A stretch of 64,000 bases of DNA, taken from contig CAVSIV010000006.1 of NCBI GenBank assembly GCA_963728205.1, forward strand, positions 1,216,001 to 1,280,000, given 5' to 3'. Position numbers and translations under genes: made by a program. The DNA is from an uncultured Chloroflexia bacterium (GTDB lineage Bacteria; Chloroflexota; Dehalococcoidia; UBA2979). Positions within the stretch are counted from its first letter, which is position 1. Each line of letters starts with the position of its first letter. The notes under the pieces were generated by a model. The model worked only from the letters and a program-made list of their open reading frames with translations, was not told the origin of the DNA and made no database searches. Shown in pieces: positions 54,969 to 64,000 of this stretch.

Positions 54969-56069
54969 TTGGCTGACCTGCTGAAACCAGAGATTCGCAT
55001 CGAGACGGAAGAGGCGGACTACGCGCACCTGGTCGCGGAGCCGCTGGAGCCCGGCTTCGGCACCACCATGGGGAACGCCCTGCGGCGGGTGCTGCTGTCG
55101 TCGCTCTCCGGCGCGGCGATCACCTCCGTGCGCATCGAAGGCGTGGAGCACGAGTTCTCCACCGTGGAAGGCATGAAGGAGGACATCACCGAGTTCCTCC
55201 TGAACCTGAAGGAAGTGCGCCTTCGGGCGTTCTCGGACCGCCCTGCGCGACTCTTCCTCGAGGCGTCGGGCGACGGCGAGGTGACCGCCGGCCAGATCCA
55301 GACCACGGCCGACTACGAGGTCGTGAACCCGGAGTTGCACCTGGCGTGGCTCAACGGCAAGGACGCATCGCTGGTCGTCGACATCAACGTCGAGACCGGG
55401 CGGGGCTACCTGCCGGCGACGATGAGCGAGGGCATGCCGATCGGCGTGATCCCGGTCGACGCGCTGTTCACGCCGGTGCGGCGCGTGAACTACAAGGTGT
55501 CGAATACCCGCGTGGGCCAGGACACGAACTACGACAGCCTCGACCTCGAGGTCTGGACGGACGGCACCCTGGGCGGCGCGCAGGCCGTGGCGATGGCCGC
55601 GGAGTTGGTGCGCGACCAGATGCTGGGGTTCCAGTTGCTGGGCCGACCGGAAGCGGTCGAAGAGCCGGCCGCCGCGCACGAGCAGGCGCCGTTCGAGGGG
55701 TACGACACGCCCATCGAGCAGCTCGACCTGTCGGTGCGCGCGTACAACTGCCTGAAGCGATCCGGGCTGATGACCGTCGGTGCCGTCCTCGAGAAGTCCG
55801 AGGAGGAGCTGCTGGCGCTGCGCAACTTCGGGGAGAAGTCGTACCTCGAGCTGCGCGACAAGCTCGTCGAGCACGGCTTCCCGGCCCCGCGCGTGGACAC
55901 GCGACGCGGGAGCCCCGTGGGCGTGGGCGGACTCCGCGAGGAGGCTGCCGACGAGGAAGACGAGCGCGAAGAGCCGGCCGCGCCCTCCGGGGACGGCGAC
56001 GAGGTCGGCGCACTCGGCGCCGCACTGATGGAAGCGTTGAAGGAAGCCGGTCGGGCCGACCGGGAGTAG
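54969..56069 (+). CDS. rpoA: RNA polymerase alpha subunit
   Basis: 'EPLEPGFGTTMGNALRRVLLSS', 'HEFST', 'LSVRAYNCLKR', 'RNFGEKS'. Confidence 0.98.
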   Translation: MADLLKPEIRIETEEADYAHLVAEPLEPGFGTTMGNALRRVLLSSLSGAAITSVRIEGVEHEFSTVEGMKEDITEFLLNLKEVRLRAFSDRPARLFLEASGDGEVTAGQIQTTADYEVVNPELHLAWLNGKDASLVVDINVETGRGYLPATMSEGMPIGVIPVDALFTPVRRVNYKVSNTRVGQDTNYDSLDLEVWTDGTLGGAQAVAMAAELVRDQMLGFQLLGRPEAVEEPAAAHEQAPFEGYDTPIEQLDLSVRAYNCLKRSGLMTVGAVLEKSEEELLALRNFGEKSYLELRDKLVEHGFPAPRVDTRRGSPVGVGGLREEAADEEDEREEPAAPSGDGDEVGALGAALMEALKEAGRADRE

Positions 56070-56096
56070 CCGGGTCCCGACGGGGGAGAGATCCAG

Positions 56097-56447
56097 ATGC
56101 GACATCGCAAGGCCGGACGACGTTTCGACATGGACACGTCCCAGCGGCTGTCCATGTTCCGCAACATCACGACCGCGGTGCTCGCGCACGGCGGTGTGGA
56201 GACGACGGAGCCGCGGGCGAAGGAAGCGCGGCGCTTCGTCGAGCACATGATCACGCTCGGCAAGCGCGGCACGCTGCACGCGCGGCGCCAGGCGCTCGCG
56301 TACGTCTACGATCCGCACGTCGTGGATCGCCTGTTCGACGAGATCGCGCTGAAGTACGCGGACCGTCCGGGCGGCTACACGCGCGTCGTGAAGCTGGGCC
56401 CCCGCCTCGGTGACGCGGCGCCCGCAGCGCGGCTCGAGCTGGTCTAG
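56097..56447 (+). CDS. rplQ: 50S ribosomal protein bL17
   Basis: 'MRHRK', 'RPGGYTR', 'GDAA'. Confidence 0.97.
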   Translation: MRHRKAGRRFDMDTSQRLSMFRNITTAVLAHGGVETTEPRAKEARRFVEHMITLGKRGTLHARRQALAYVYDPHVVDRLFDEIALKYADRPGGYTRVVKLGPRLGDAAPAARLELV

Positions 56448-56481
56448 CGCGACGGGCCGGCAGCCATCGGGAGCGTGCGCC

Positions 56482-57258
56482 ATGCGGCGGCTCGCGCTGC
56501 TGTTGGAATACGACGGGACGGACTTCGCCGGGTCGCAGTCCCAGCGAGCGACGCGCACGGTGCAGGACACCGTGGAGGCGGCAATCGCGGAGTTCACCGG
56601 CGAGCGGCGACGGGTGGCCTTCGCAGGCCGCACGGACGCCGGGGTGCACGCCACGGGTCAGGTGGTCGCCCTCGATACCGAGGCGGCGCACGACCCGGCC
56701 ACGTGGCGGGACGCGCTGAACCACTTCCTCCCGGAGGACGTGGTGGTGCGCGAGATCGCGGAGGTGGGTGACCGCTTCGACCCGCGTCGGCACGCGACGT
56801 CGAGGTGCTACCGGTACCGCGTGGAGGACGGTCGCGGCCGGTCGCCCCTCGGGCGGCGCGCCGCTTGGCAGGTGCCGCGCCGGCTGGACGCGGCGGTGAT
56901 GGCGGAGGCGGCGGCCCGGCTGCCGCGGACGCCGACGGACTGGTCCGCGTTCTGCGGGCCCGTCGCGGAGGGATATTCGACGGTGCGCACCCTCGCGCGC
57001 TGCGACGTGCAGCGCTGCGGGCCGGGCGCGATGACCGTCGTGGTGGAGGCAGGCGGCTTCCTGCCGCACCAGGTGCGCCGCACGGTCGGCGCGCTGGAGC
57101 GCGTGGGGAGTGGCCGGATGAGCGCGGAGGCGTTCGCGGCGCTGGTCGAGGGCCCACCGGGCTCCGCCGGCCCGGCCGCGCCGCCGCAAGGATTGACGCT
57201 GGTCGCCGTGCGTTACCCGCCCGGCACGCTCGACTGGGAGACGGGAACGGAACGATGA
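56482..57258 (+). CDS. truA: tRNA pseudouridine(38-40) synthase
   Basis: 'EYDGTDF', 'AGRTDAGVHATGQV', 'FLPHQVR', 'APPQGL'. Confidence 0.95.
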   Translation: MRRLALLLEYDGTDFAGSQSQRATRTVQDTVEAAIAEFTGERRRVAFAGRTDAGVHATGQVVALDTEAAHDPATWRDALNHFLPEDVVVREIAEVGDRFDPRRHATSRCYRYRVEDGRGRSPLGRRAAWQVPRRLDAAVMAEAAARLPRTPTDWSAFCGPVAEGYSTVRTLARCDVQRCGPGAMTVVVEAGGFLPHQVRRTVGALERVGSGRMSAEAFAALVEGPPGSAGPAAPPQGLTLVAVRYPPGTLDWETGTER

Positions 57259-57974
57259 CGACGAAGACCTACCGGCTGCGGGCGAAGGACATCGACCGCT
57301 CCTGGCACGTGATCGACGCCGGCGGCCGGCCGCTCGGGCGTGTCGCGAGCGAGGTCGCGCAGCTGCTGCTCGGCAAGCACAAGCCGACGTTCGAGCCGCA
57401 TCTGCCGATGGGCGATCACGTGATCATCGTGAACGCGAAAGACGTCGTGCTGACGGGGCGGAAGGCCGAGCAGAAGGTCTACCGCCGGCACAGTGGCTAC
57501 CCCGGCGCGCTGCGGTCGCGCTCATTCGAGGAGCAGATGCAGCGCGACCCGCGTCGCGTGCTCGAGAAGGCCGTGCAGGGGATGCTCCCGCACAACGCGC
57601 ACGGCCGCGAGCTGTATCGCCACCTGAAGGTCTACGCCGGTGGCGAGCACCCGCACGACGCGCAGCTGCGCGCCGGCACGGGCGAGCGCGCCCGCAAGCG
57701 CGAGGCGCGCGAGGAGCGCGAGCGCACGGAACGCGCGAGCGCCCCCCGCCGCGAGCGCCCCGCGGCCGAGCCGACGCCGGCCGCCGCGGCAGCGGCGCAG
57801 GCCGGTGCGAGCGCGCAGCGACTCGATGGCACGCTGAGCAAGTACAAGCGCGCCGAACTGGACGCGGAGGCGGAGCGCCTCGGCATTGCGGTCGAGAGCG
57901 GCTGGAACAAGCCAGAGGTCGTGGACGCCATCCAGGCGTACTACGATGAGCACCCGGTCGAGGGCGAGGCATAG
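57255..57974 (+). CDS. rplM: 50S ribosomal protein uL13 with C-terminal extension and Rho-N/HeH-like domain
   Basis: 'WHVIDA', 'LGRVAS', 'RHSGYPG', 'GMLP', 'HPHDAQ', then about 100 extra residues. Confidence 0.95.
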   Translation: MTTKTYRLRAKDIDRSWHVIDAGGRPLGRVASEVAQLLLGKHKPTFEPHLPMGDHVIIVNAKDVVLTGRKAEQKVYRRHSGYPGALRSRSFEEQMQRDPRRVLEKAVQGMLPHNAHGRELYRHLKVYAGGEHPHDAQLRAGTGERARKREAREERERTERASAPRRERPAAEPTPAAAAAAQAGASAQRLDGTLSKYKRAELDAEAERLGIAVESGWNKPEVVDAIQAYYDEHPVEGEA

Positions 57975-57977
57975 TCG

Positions 57978-58373
57978 ATGACGAGCGAGCACTACTACTA
58001 CGGTCTGGGGCGGCGCAAGTCGTCGGTGGCGCGCGTGCGCCTCTACCCCGGCAACGGCACCGTCGTGATCAACGGGAAGCCCGCCGAGGCGATGATCCCG
58101 CGCGAGTCGCAGCGCCAGGAGATGCTCCGGCCGCTGGCCACGACGGAGACGCTCGCGTCGTTCAACGTGCAGGTGCGCGCCGAGGGCGGTGGCACGTCCG
58201 GCTGGGCCGGCGCCATCCGCCAGGGCATCGCACGCGCGCTCGTGGTGGCCGACGAGGGCTACCGCCGCCCGCTCCGCCAGGAGGGGCTGCTCACGCGCGA
58301 CCCGCGCGTGAAGGAGCGCAAGAAGCCCGGTCTGAAGCGCGCCCGCAAGGCGCCGCAGTTCACGAAGCGCTAA
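57978..58373 (+). CDS. rpsI: 30S ribosomal protein uS9
   Basis: '[10 protein letters not shown]', '[15 protein letters not shown]', 'QFTKR'. Confidence 0.98.
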   Translation: MTSEHYYYGLGRRKSSVARVRLYPGNGTVVINGKPAEAMIPRESQRQEMLRPLATTETLASFNVQVRAEGGGTSGWAGAIRQGIARALVVADEGYRRPLRQEGLLTRDPRVKERKKPGLKRARKAPQFTKR

Positions 58374-58402
58374 CCGGCGGCTCAGTCGCTCGATCGATAG
58401 CG

Positions 58403-58428
58403 GCAGGCCGGGCACACGCCCGGCCTGC
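58403..58428. terminator. Hairpin between convergent rpsI and hydrolase genes
   Basis: GCAGGCCGGGC-ACAC-GCCCGGCCTGC 11-bp stem. Confidence 0.6.
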
Positions 58429-58518
58429 TGCGTGTGTGCGAGTCGGTCGCGATGGCCACGGCGCGGAACGTGCGGGCAGCGGCAAGCGGCGCTCCCCGGG
58501 CGTTCGGGGGCGGATGCG

Positions 58519-59241
58519 CTAGGGCAGCACGTCGTCCGCCACGCGGAGCAGCGCGTCCGCGACGGCGCCCGGGTCGACCAGCATCTGCAGATGGCTGCCG
58601 TCGAGCGCGCGCAGCGGCCAGCCGCGTGCTCGCGCCTGCTCGGCGTCCGCGCCGTAGCCCGCACTGAGCTGGAGATAGCCCGAGGGCACCACGGGCAGCC
58701 CCGCCGGCCACGCGAGACGCTCCTCGAACAGCGCCAGCGGTACGCGCGGCAACTCTGCAACGAACCGCGCTCGCACCGTGGCGTCCGGGAGCACAACGCG
58801 CATCGCGTCCGGGCCGAACCACTCGGACCACGGCGGCAGGGAAGCACCGTCAGACAGCTCGCGGACGAGCGCGGCGAACTCCGGCGGGGCGTTCTCGAGA
58901 AGTGTGCGGTCGCGTGCCGGCCGCGCGGAGTCGACGTAGAGACACGCGGCTGCGTCGCGCGGGAGCGCAGCGCGCACCGCGGGGAGGTACTGGCCGGCCG
59001 CGCTGTGGCCCGCGAGGATGAGCCCCGCGTCGAGCGCGGCTCCGGCTACCGCGTCGGACACCGTGGCGGCGAAGCGCGGTGCATAGGGCGGGTCGCCGGC
59101 GAGCGCCGGGAGCAGCGACGGCACGACGGCCGCGACCTCCCGCCGGCGCAGCTCGGCCGCGACGCTCTCCCAGCTGAGCGGCCCCACCAGGGGGCTGTGG
59201 ATGAGGACGAAGGTCGGCCGCCGCCGAGCGCGTGCCGGCAC
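58519..59241 (-). CDS. Alpha/beta hydrolase
   Basis: 'VLIHSPLVG..SW', nucleophile elbow 'GHSAAG', 'GSHLQM'. Confidence 0.85.
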   Translation of the reverse strand: MPARARRRPTFVLIHSPLVGPLSWESVAAELRRREVAAVVPSLLPALAGDPPYAPRFAATVSDAVAGAALDAGLILAGHSAAGQYLPAVRAALPRDAAACLYVDSARPARDRTLLENAPPEFAALVRELSDGASLPPWSEWFGPDAMRVVLPDATVRARFVAELPRVPLALFEERLAWPAGLPVVPSGYLQLSAGYGADAEQARARGWPLRALDGSHLQMLVDPGAVADALLRVADDVLP

Positions 59242-59245
59242 GCAA

Positions 59246-60334
59246 TCAGCCCTCGCCGTGACGCGCCAACGCGGCCTTCAGCCGGTCGATCGGCGCCATC
59301 GCCGAGGGGTCGACGCCGTTGAGCAGCGCGAGGTAGAGCGACATCCAGTCGCCCAGGTAGCAGGCGCGCATGACCGTCTCGAGCATGCCGTCGCCCGGGA
59401 CGTCCACGACGCGCGCCGCCACGGCCTCCGCGCCGAGTGCGTCGGCGGTGAGTCGCGCGCGCAGGCGGTTGCGGGCGTGCACGCCGGCGCCGTCGAGCAC
59501 GACGACGCGGATCAGCGCCACGGCGGCCGCCGGCGCGCCGAAGCCGACGATCAGATTGTGGTTCACCTCTGGCAGCGCCCCGGCGAATGCCCACTGCTCC
59601 GCGTTCTCGCTCACCTGCCCCGCCCAGCGGCGCGCCGCGACCTCGAGCCCGTCGGCGCCGAGCGCCACCGGCAGCCCGCCGTGCAGCCAGCCCGCGATCT
59701 CCTTCGCCGCGTTGCGCTGCACCGGCACGTCCGGTGCCAGCGCTCGAGCGTCGGCGTCCAGGCCCGTGAGCGCGGCCTCCACCGCCGCGGCGTCGACCGC
59801 GACGACGCCGGCACGCGAGAGGATCGCGAGCAGCACGAAGACGCCGTAGCCGAACGCCGTGCGCGGCGAGCCGTCCCAGCGATAGCGGAAGACGCCGGCG
59901 CCGGCCTCCTCGGCGAGACGCGCGAGCGTGCCGCCGGTGGTGATCGCGAGCCGCCGGCACGGCGCGGCGAGCGCCGCGCGGAAGCCGTTGAGCGTCTCCT
60001 CCGTCTCGCCGGAGAACGAGCACGCCACCACCAGCGTCCGCTCGTCGAGTGGCGGCAGCGCGTAGTTCCGGATCAGCTGCACCGGCACCGCCGACCCGGC
60101 GGTAGCCAGCGCCGCGACGACGTCGGCCCCGATCGCGGAGCCGCCCATGCCGAGCACGAGCACGCGCGTCGGTGGCTCGCGCCACGCCGCCGGCAGCGGC
60201 CACGCGGACCCCTCGGCCCACGCGGCGCGCGCCTGCGCCGGGAGGCCGGCGATGCGGTCGCGCATGCCGCCGGGGTCGAGCGCCGCGTAGAGATCGGGCT
60301 GGTCCAGTGCCTGAAGGGCGGCGCGGTCGATCAT
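59246..60334 (-). CDS. Bifunctional phosphoglucose/phosphomannose isomerase (SIS domain)
   Basis: 'GMGGSAIGAD', 'SFSGETEET', 'TTGG', 'SPR', 'SENA', 'PEVNHN'. Confidence 0.88.
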   Translation of the reverse strand: MIDRAALQALDQPDLYAALDPGGMRDRIAGLPAQARAAWAEGSAWPLPAAWREPPTRVLVLGMGGSAIGADVVAALATAGSAVPVQLIRNYALPPLDERTLVVACSFSGETEETLNGFRAALAAPCRRLAITTGGTLARLAEEAGAGVFRYRWDGSPRTAFGYGVFVLLAILSRAGVVAVDAAAVEAALTGLDADARALAPDVPVQRNAAKEIAGWLHGGLPVALGADGLEVAARRWAGQVSENAEQWAFAGALPEVNHNLIVGFGAPAAAVALIRVVVLDGAGVHARNRLRARLTADALGAEAVAARVVDVPGDGMLETVMRACYLGDWMSLYLALLNGVDPSAMAPIDRLKAALARHGEG

Positions 60335-60384
60335 GCGTGCTCGCTCACCCGCGCGCCGCGCGGCCGGCCGGAGGGCTGGACGTG

Positions 60385-61815
60385 CTAGAGGGTCACCCCG
60401 GCGAGCTCCTGGCCGGCCTGCAACGCCTCGTGGACGTCGTCCAGAGATGGCATCTCCGCGTAGATGCGGAGTAGAGGCTCGGTGCCGGAGAAGCGCAGCA
60501 GCAGCCACCACCCGCCCTCGAGGTTGAAGCGGAAGCCGTCGACCGAGTCGCGCGACTCCACGCGGTGGCCGGCAATCGTCTTCGGCTCCGCCTGGCTGAT
60601 GCGCTCGCGGATCGCGCCCTGCTCGTCGGGCCGCAGCGTGATGTCCACCCGGTCGTACTGGTGCGGGCCGACGATGTCGTAGAGGTCCTTCAGCAGCTGC
60701 GACGGCTTCTTGCCCGTTCGCGCCACCCAATCGAGGAAGAACATGCCGGAGAGCACACCGTCCCGCTCGGGGATGTGGCCGCGGAACGCGAAGCCGCCCG
60801 ACTCCTCGCCGGCGAGCATCGCGTTGGTCTCCATCATCTTCGGGCCGAGGTACTTGAAGCCGACCGGCGTCTCGTAGACGGGGCAGTCGAAGCGCTCGCC
60901 GAGGCGGTCGACCATGCGGGTCATCGTCACTGAGCGCACGATCGGGCCGCGCTCACCGCGCACCTCGAGGAAGTAGTGCACGAGCAGCGCGAACGTCTGC
61001 AACTGCGTGATGAAGCGGCCGCGCTCGTCGATCAGGCCGAAGCGGTCGCCGTCCCCGTCCGTCGCCAGGCCGAGGTCGAAGCCGCCCTGCTGGAGCGTCG
61101 CCATCGCCTCGCCCAGGTTCGTGCCAATCGGCTCGGGCGCGCGGATACCGGGGAACGACGGGTTGCGCACACCGTGGATCTCGCGCACGCGCGTGGAGCC
61201 GTCGCCGACGACGTCGGCGGTCACGCCCTGCGCTGCGCCGTACATCGAGTCGACGAGCACGTTCAGCCCGGCGCCGCGGATCGCCTCCATGTCGACGAAC
61301 TCGCGGATTGCCTTCACGTAGGGCGTGCGGAGGTCGACGCGCTCCACGAGGCCGCGCGCCTCCGCCTCTCCGAGCGCACGGTGCTCGACGCGCTCGCCGG
61401 TCACGACGCCGGGAATGGCCTGCTCGATCTCGGCCGTGACCTCGGGCGGCGCGGAGCCGCCGTAGTGCGGCTTCACCTTGTAGCCGTTCCAGCGCGCGGG
61501 GTTGTGGCTCGCCGTGATCATCACGCCGAAGCCGGCTTCATGCTGGCGCACGGCGAACGAGAGCGCCGGCGTCGGGACGAAGGAGTCGCCGAGCCAGGTG
61601 TGGATGTCGTTGCCGGCCATCACCTCGGCGGCGGCGCCGGCGAAGGAACCGGAGAGGAAGCGCGTGTCGTAGCCGATGACGACGCCGCGCGACGCGAGGT
61701 CGCGGCGCTTGAGGTACTCCGCCACGGCCTGGGAGATGATGCGGACGTTGTCGAACGTGAAGTCATCGGCGATGACCGCGCGCCAGCCGTCGGTCCCGAA
61801 CGTGATGTCGCTCAT
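60385..61815 (-). CDS. Phosphoglucomutase/phosphomannomutase
   Basis: 'FGTDGWR', 'TASHNP', 'DGDGDR', 'GEESGG', 'RFSGTEP'. Confidence 0.95.
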   Translation of the reverse strand: MSDITFGTDGWRAVIADDFTFDNVRIISQAVAEYLKRRDLASRGVVIGYDTRFLSGSFAGAAAEVMAGNDIHTWLGDSFVPTPALSFAVRQHEAGFGVMITASHNPARWNGYKVKPHYGGSAPPEVTAEIEQAIPGVVTGERVEHRALGEAEARGLVERVDLRTPYVKAIREFVDMEAIRGAGLNVLVDSMYGAAQGVTADVVGDGSTRVREIHGVRNPSFPGIRAPEPIGTNLGEAMATLQQGGFDLGLATDGDGDRFGLIDERGRFITQLQTFALLVHYFLEVRGERGPIVRSVTMTRMVDRLGERFDCPVYETPVGFKYLGPKMMETNAMLAGEESGGFAFRGHIPERDGVLSGMFFLDWVARTGKKPSQLLKDLYDIVGPHQYDRVDITLRPDEQGAIRERISQAEPKTIAGHRVESRDSVDGFRFNLEGGWWLLLRFSGTEPLLRIYAEMPSLDDVHEALQAGQELAGVTL

Positions 61816-62822
61816 GACGCCGTCACCGCCTCGACGTGCTGGTCGGGGTCGACCGATACGTCGACCGCGCGGGCACCGGACGGGACGACCGCGCCGTGCG
61901 CGAGCACCGCGCGCTCCACGGTCGCGCCGGCGCCGACGCGCACTCCCGTCGCGAGCACGGAGTCGCGCACCACCGCGTCGGCACCGATCTCGACGTCGTC
62001 CCAGAGCAGGCTGCGCGTGACGAGCGCGCCGCGCTCGACCCGCGAGCCGCTCCCGATCACGACCGGCGCCTCGACGCGCGCACCATCGGCGATCCGCACT
62101 CCCGGCCCGAGTGCGGTCGCGTCGTCCACGCGATCGAGGTTCACCATGCGCAGCGCCTCCGGCCTGCCGACGTCGATCCAGTATGCGTCGGAACGGAATC
62201 CACAGAGCCCGCGACCCTGCGTGGCGAGGCGCGGGAAGAGCTCGTCTTCGACGCGGTTGAAGCGCGTCGCGTCCATCTCCGCGAGCACGGACGGCTCAAA
62301 CAGCCACGTGCCGGCGTTGATCAGGTGGGAGGGTGCCGACTCGCGCGGCGGCTTCTCGACGAAGCGCGTGATGCGGTCATCCGGGTCGAGCACCACGACG
62401 CCGAACCCGGACGGATCGTCGACTTCGTGCAGCGAGATCGAGAGCAGCGCGCCGCGTTCGCGGTGCGCGCCGATCATGGCGGTGACGTCGAGATCGGTGA
62501 TGATGTCGCCGTTGCAGACGAGGAACGGCTCGTCCCAGCCCGCGGCGGCCTGCGCGATCGCGCCGCCGGAACCCAGCGGCTGATCCTCGTACGTGTAGGC
62601 GATGCGCAGACCGAGCTGCGCGCCGTCGCCCAGGGCGCCGCGAATCGCCTCGTTGCGATGCAGCATCGCCAGGGTGATGTCGCGCACGCCGTGTGCCGCG
62701 AGGTGTGCGAGGAGGTGCTCCAGCAGCGGCCGGTGGAGCACCGGCATGAGCTGCTTCGGGGTGCGGTAGGAGAGCGGACGCATGCGCGTCGCCTCCCCGC
62801 CGACCAGCACTATTGCACGCAT
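61812..62822 (-). CDS. Mannose-1-phosphate guanylyltransferase-like NDP-sugar synthase
   Basis: 'LVGGEATRMRPLS..TPKQL', 'PLGSGG', 'CNGD', 'FVEKP', C-terminal hexapeptide repeats. Confidence 0.88.
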   Translation of the reverse strand: MRAIVLVGGEATRMRPLSYRTPKQLMPVLHRPLLEHLLAHLAAHGVRDITLAMLHRNEAIRGALGDGAQLGLRIAYTYEDQPLGSGGAIAQAAAGWDEPFLVCNGDIITDLDVTAMIGAHRERGALLSISLHEVDDPSGFGVVVLDPDDRITRFVEKPPRESAPSHLINAGTWLFEPSVLAEMDATRFNRVEDELFPRLATQGRGLCGFRSDAYWIDVGRPEALRMVNLDRVDDATALGPGVRIADGARVEAPVVIGSGSRVERGALVTRSLLWDDVEIGADAVVRDSVLATGVRVGAGATVERAVLAHGAVVPSGARAVDVSVDPDQHVEAVTAS

Positions 62823-62886
62823 TTCGGGATCCTATGCGTGCGCCCGGGCGCCGTCCAAGGACAGCGTTGCCGCCCGCGAGCACCCG

Positions 62887-64000
62887 CTAAGACGCGTGAT
62901 CCGAACGCGCCGGTCCCTCGAGCCCGGCTTCGGCGCGCAGCGCGTCCGCGGCGTCGAGCTCCTCCCACGGCAGGTCGATGTCGGGCCGGCCGAAGTGACC
63001 GTACGACGCCGTCTGGAGGTACATGGGGCGGCGCAGGTCGAAGCGATCGATGATGGCGGCCGGCCGCAGGTCGAAGTGCTTGCGGATCAGCCGCTCGATC
63101 TCCGTCTCCTCGATGTGTGCGGTGCCGAACGTCTCGAGCGCGAGCGACGTGGGCCGCGCGACGCCGATCGCATAGGAGACCTGCAGCTCGAAGCGGTCGG
63201 CGAGCCCCGCCGCGACGACGTTCTTCGCCACGTGGCGCGCCGCGTAGGCCGCCGAGCGGTCGACCTTCGACGGGTCCTTCCCGCTGAACGCGCCGCCGCC
63301 GTGGCGGGCGATGCCGCCGTAGGTGTCGACGATGATCTTGCGGCCGGTGAGACCGGCGTCGCCCATCGGGCCGCCGGTCACGAAGCGGCCGGTGGGGTTC
63401 ACGTAGATCTTGGTGTCCTGCAGCAGCTCCTCGGGGCAGACGTGCCGGATCACGAGCTGCTCGATGTCGCGCTGGAGCACGTCGTCGCTCACCTCGGGCG
63501 CGTGTTGCGCGGAGACCACGACGGCCTCGATGCGCCGCGGCACGCCGTACGCGTACTCGACCGTGACCTGCGACTTCCCATCGGGGCGCAGGTAGGGCAG
63601 CGTGCCGTTCTTGCGCACCTCGGCGAGGCGGCGGGTGAGCGCGTGTGCGAGCGAGATCGTGAGCGGCATGTACTCGTCGGTCTCGTCGGACGCGAAGCCG
63701 ATCATCATGCCCTGGTCGCCGGCGCCCTCGAGGTCGTAGTGATCGACCTCGCCGAGCGCGCGGCGCGCCTCCCATGCGCGGTTCACGCCCTGCGCGATGT
63801 CCGACGACTGCTCCTTGATCGAGGTCAGCACGCCGCAGGTGTCGGCGTCGAAGCCGATCGCGGAGCCCGTGTAGCCGATGGAGCGCACCGTGTCGCGCAC
63901 GATCTTCTCGATGTCCACGTATGCCTTCGTCGTGATCTCGCCGAAGACCAGCACCGTGCCGGTGGTCGTCGAGGTCTCGCAGGCGACGCGGGAGTTCGGG
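62887..64000 (-). CDS. metK: S-adenosylmethionine synthetase (5' end beyond window)
   Basis: 'GAGDQG', 'DGKSQVT', '[13 protein letters not shown]', '[15 protein letters not shown]'. Confidence 0.97.
   Translation of the reverse strand, partial: PNSRVACETSTTTGTVLVFGEITTKAYVDIEKIVRDTVRSIGYTGSAIGFDADTCGVLTSIKEQSSDIAQGVNRAWEARRALGEVDHYDLEGAGDQGMMIGFASDETDEYMPLTISLAHALTRRLAEVRKNGTLPYLRPDGKSQVTVEYAYGVPRRIEAVVVSAQHAPEVSDDVLQRDIEQLVIRHVCPEELLQDTKIYVNPTGRFVTGGPMGDAGLTGRKIIVDTYGGIARHGGGAFSGKDPSKVDRSAAYAARHVAKNVVAAGLADRFELQVSYAIGVARPTSLALETFGTAHIEETEIERLIRKHFDLRPAAIIDRFDLRRPMYLQTASYGHFGRPDIDLPWEELDAADALRAEAGLEGPARSDHAS

Overview
High-GC bacterial chromosome segment, most likely Chloroflexota (Dehalococcoidia-like; inferred from gene order, the tandem-ATPase helicase loader and Gram-positive-type LexA boxes). 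It is mostly core genome. In order: a Rieske/cytochrome b6-type operon, rpsU-yqeY-pgpH, purQ/purL, lgt, rplI-dnaB-dnaD-dnaC-like, moaD-moaE fusion, glyA, rpsF-ssb-rpsR, hom-thrC, folE-mshA-PIG-L, the complete str-S10-spc-alpha ribosomal supercluster through truA-rplM-rpsI, and a minus-strand metK/GDP-mannose cluster. I see no rRNA, tRNA, CRISPR or mobile element. The best leads are: (1) a split cytochrome b6/subunit IV complex preceded by an unannotated 33-aa single-helix ORF and followed by a cytochrome c fused to two blue-copper domains; (2) a tandem pair of unannotated desulforedoxin-like 'GKRY' microproteins; (3) a promoter overlapped by two LexA boxes, with a DnaA-box-like leader, in front of the helicase/loader operon; (4) a long structured RNA leader before rpsL; and (5) ribosomal protein oddities (uL13 with a Rho-N/HeH-like domain, uS14 with a C-x8-C knuckle, many acidic tails). 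Two frameshifts in dnaD/dnaC are probably sequencing errors. All family assignments come from motif recognition by eye, not database searches.
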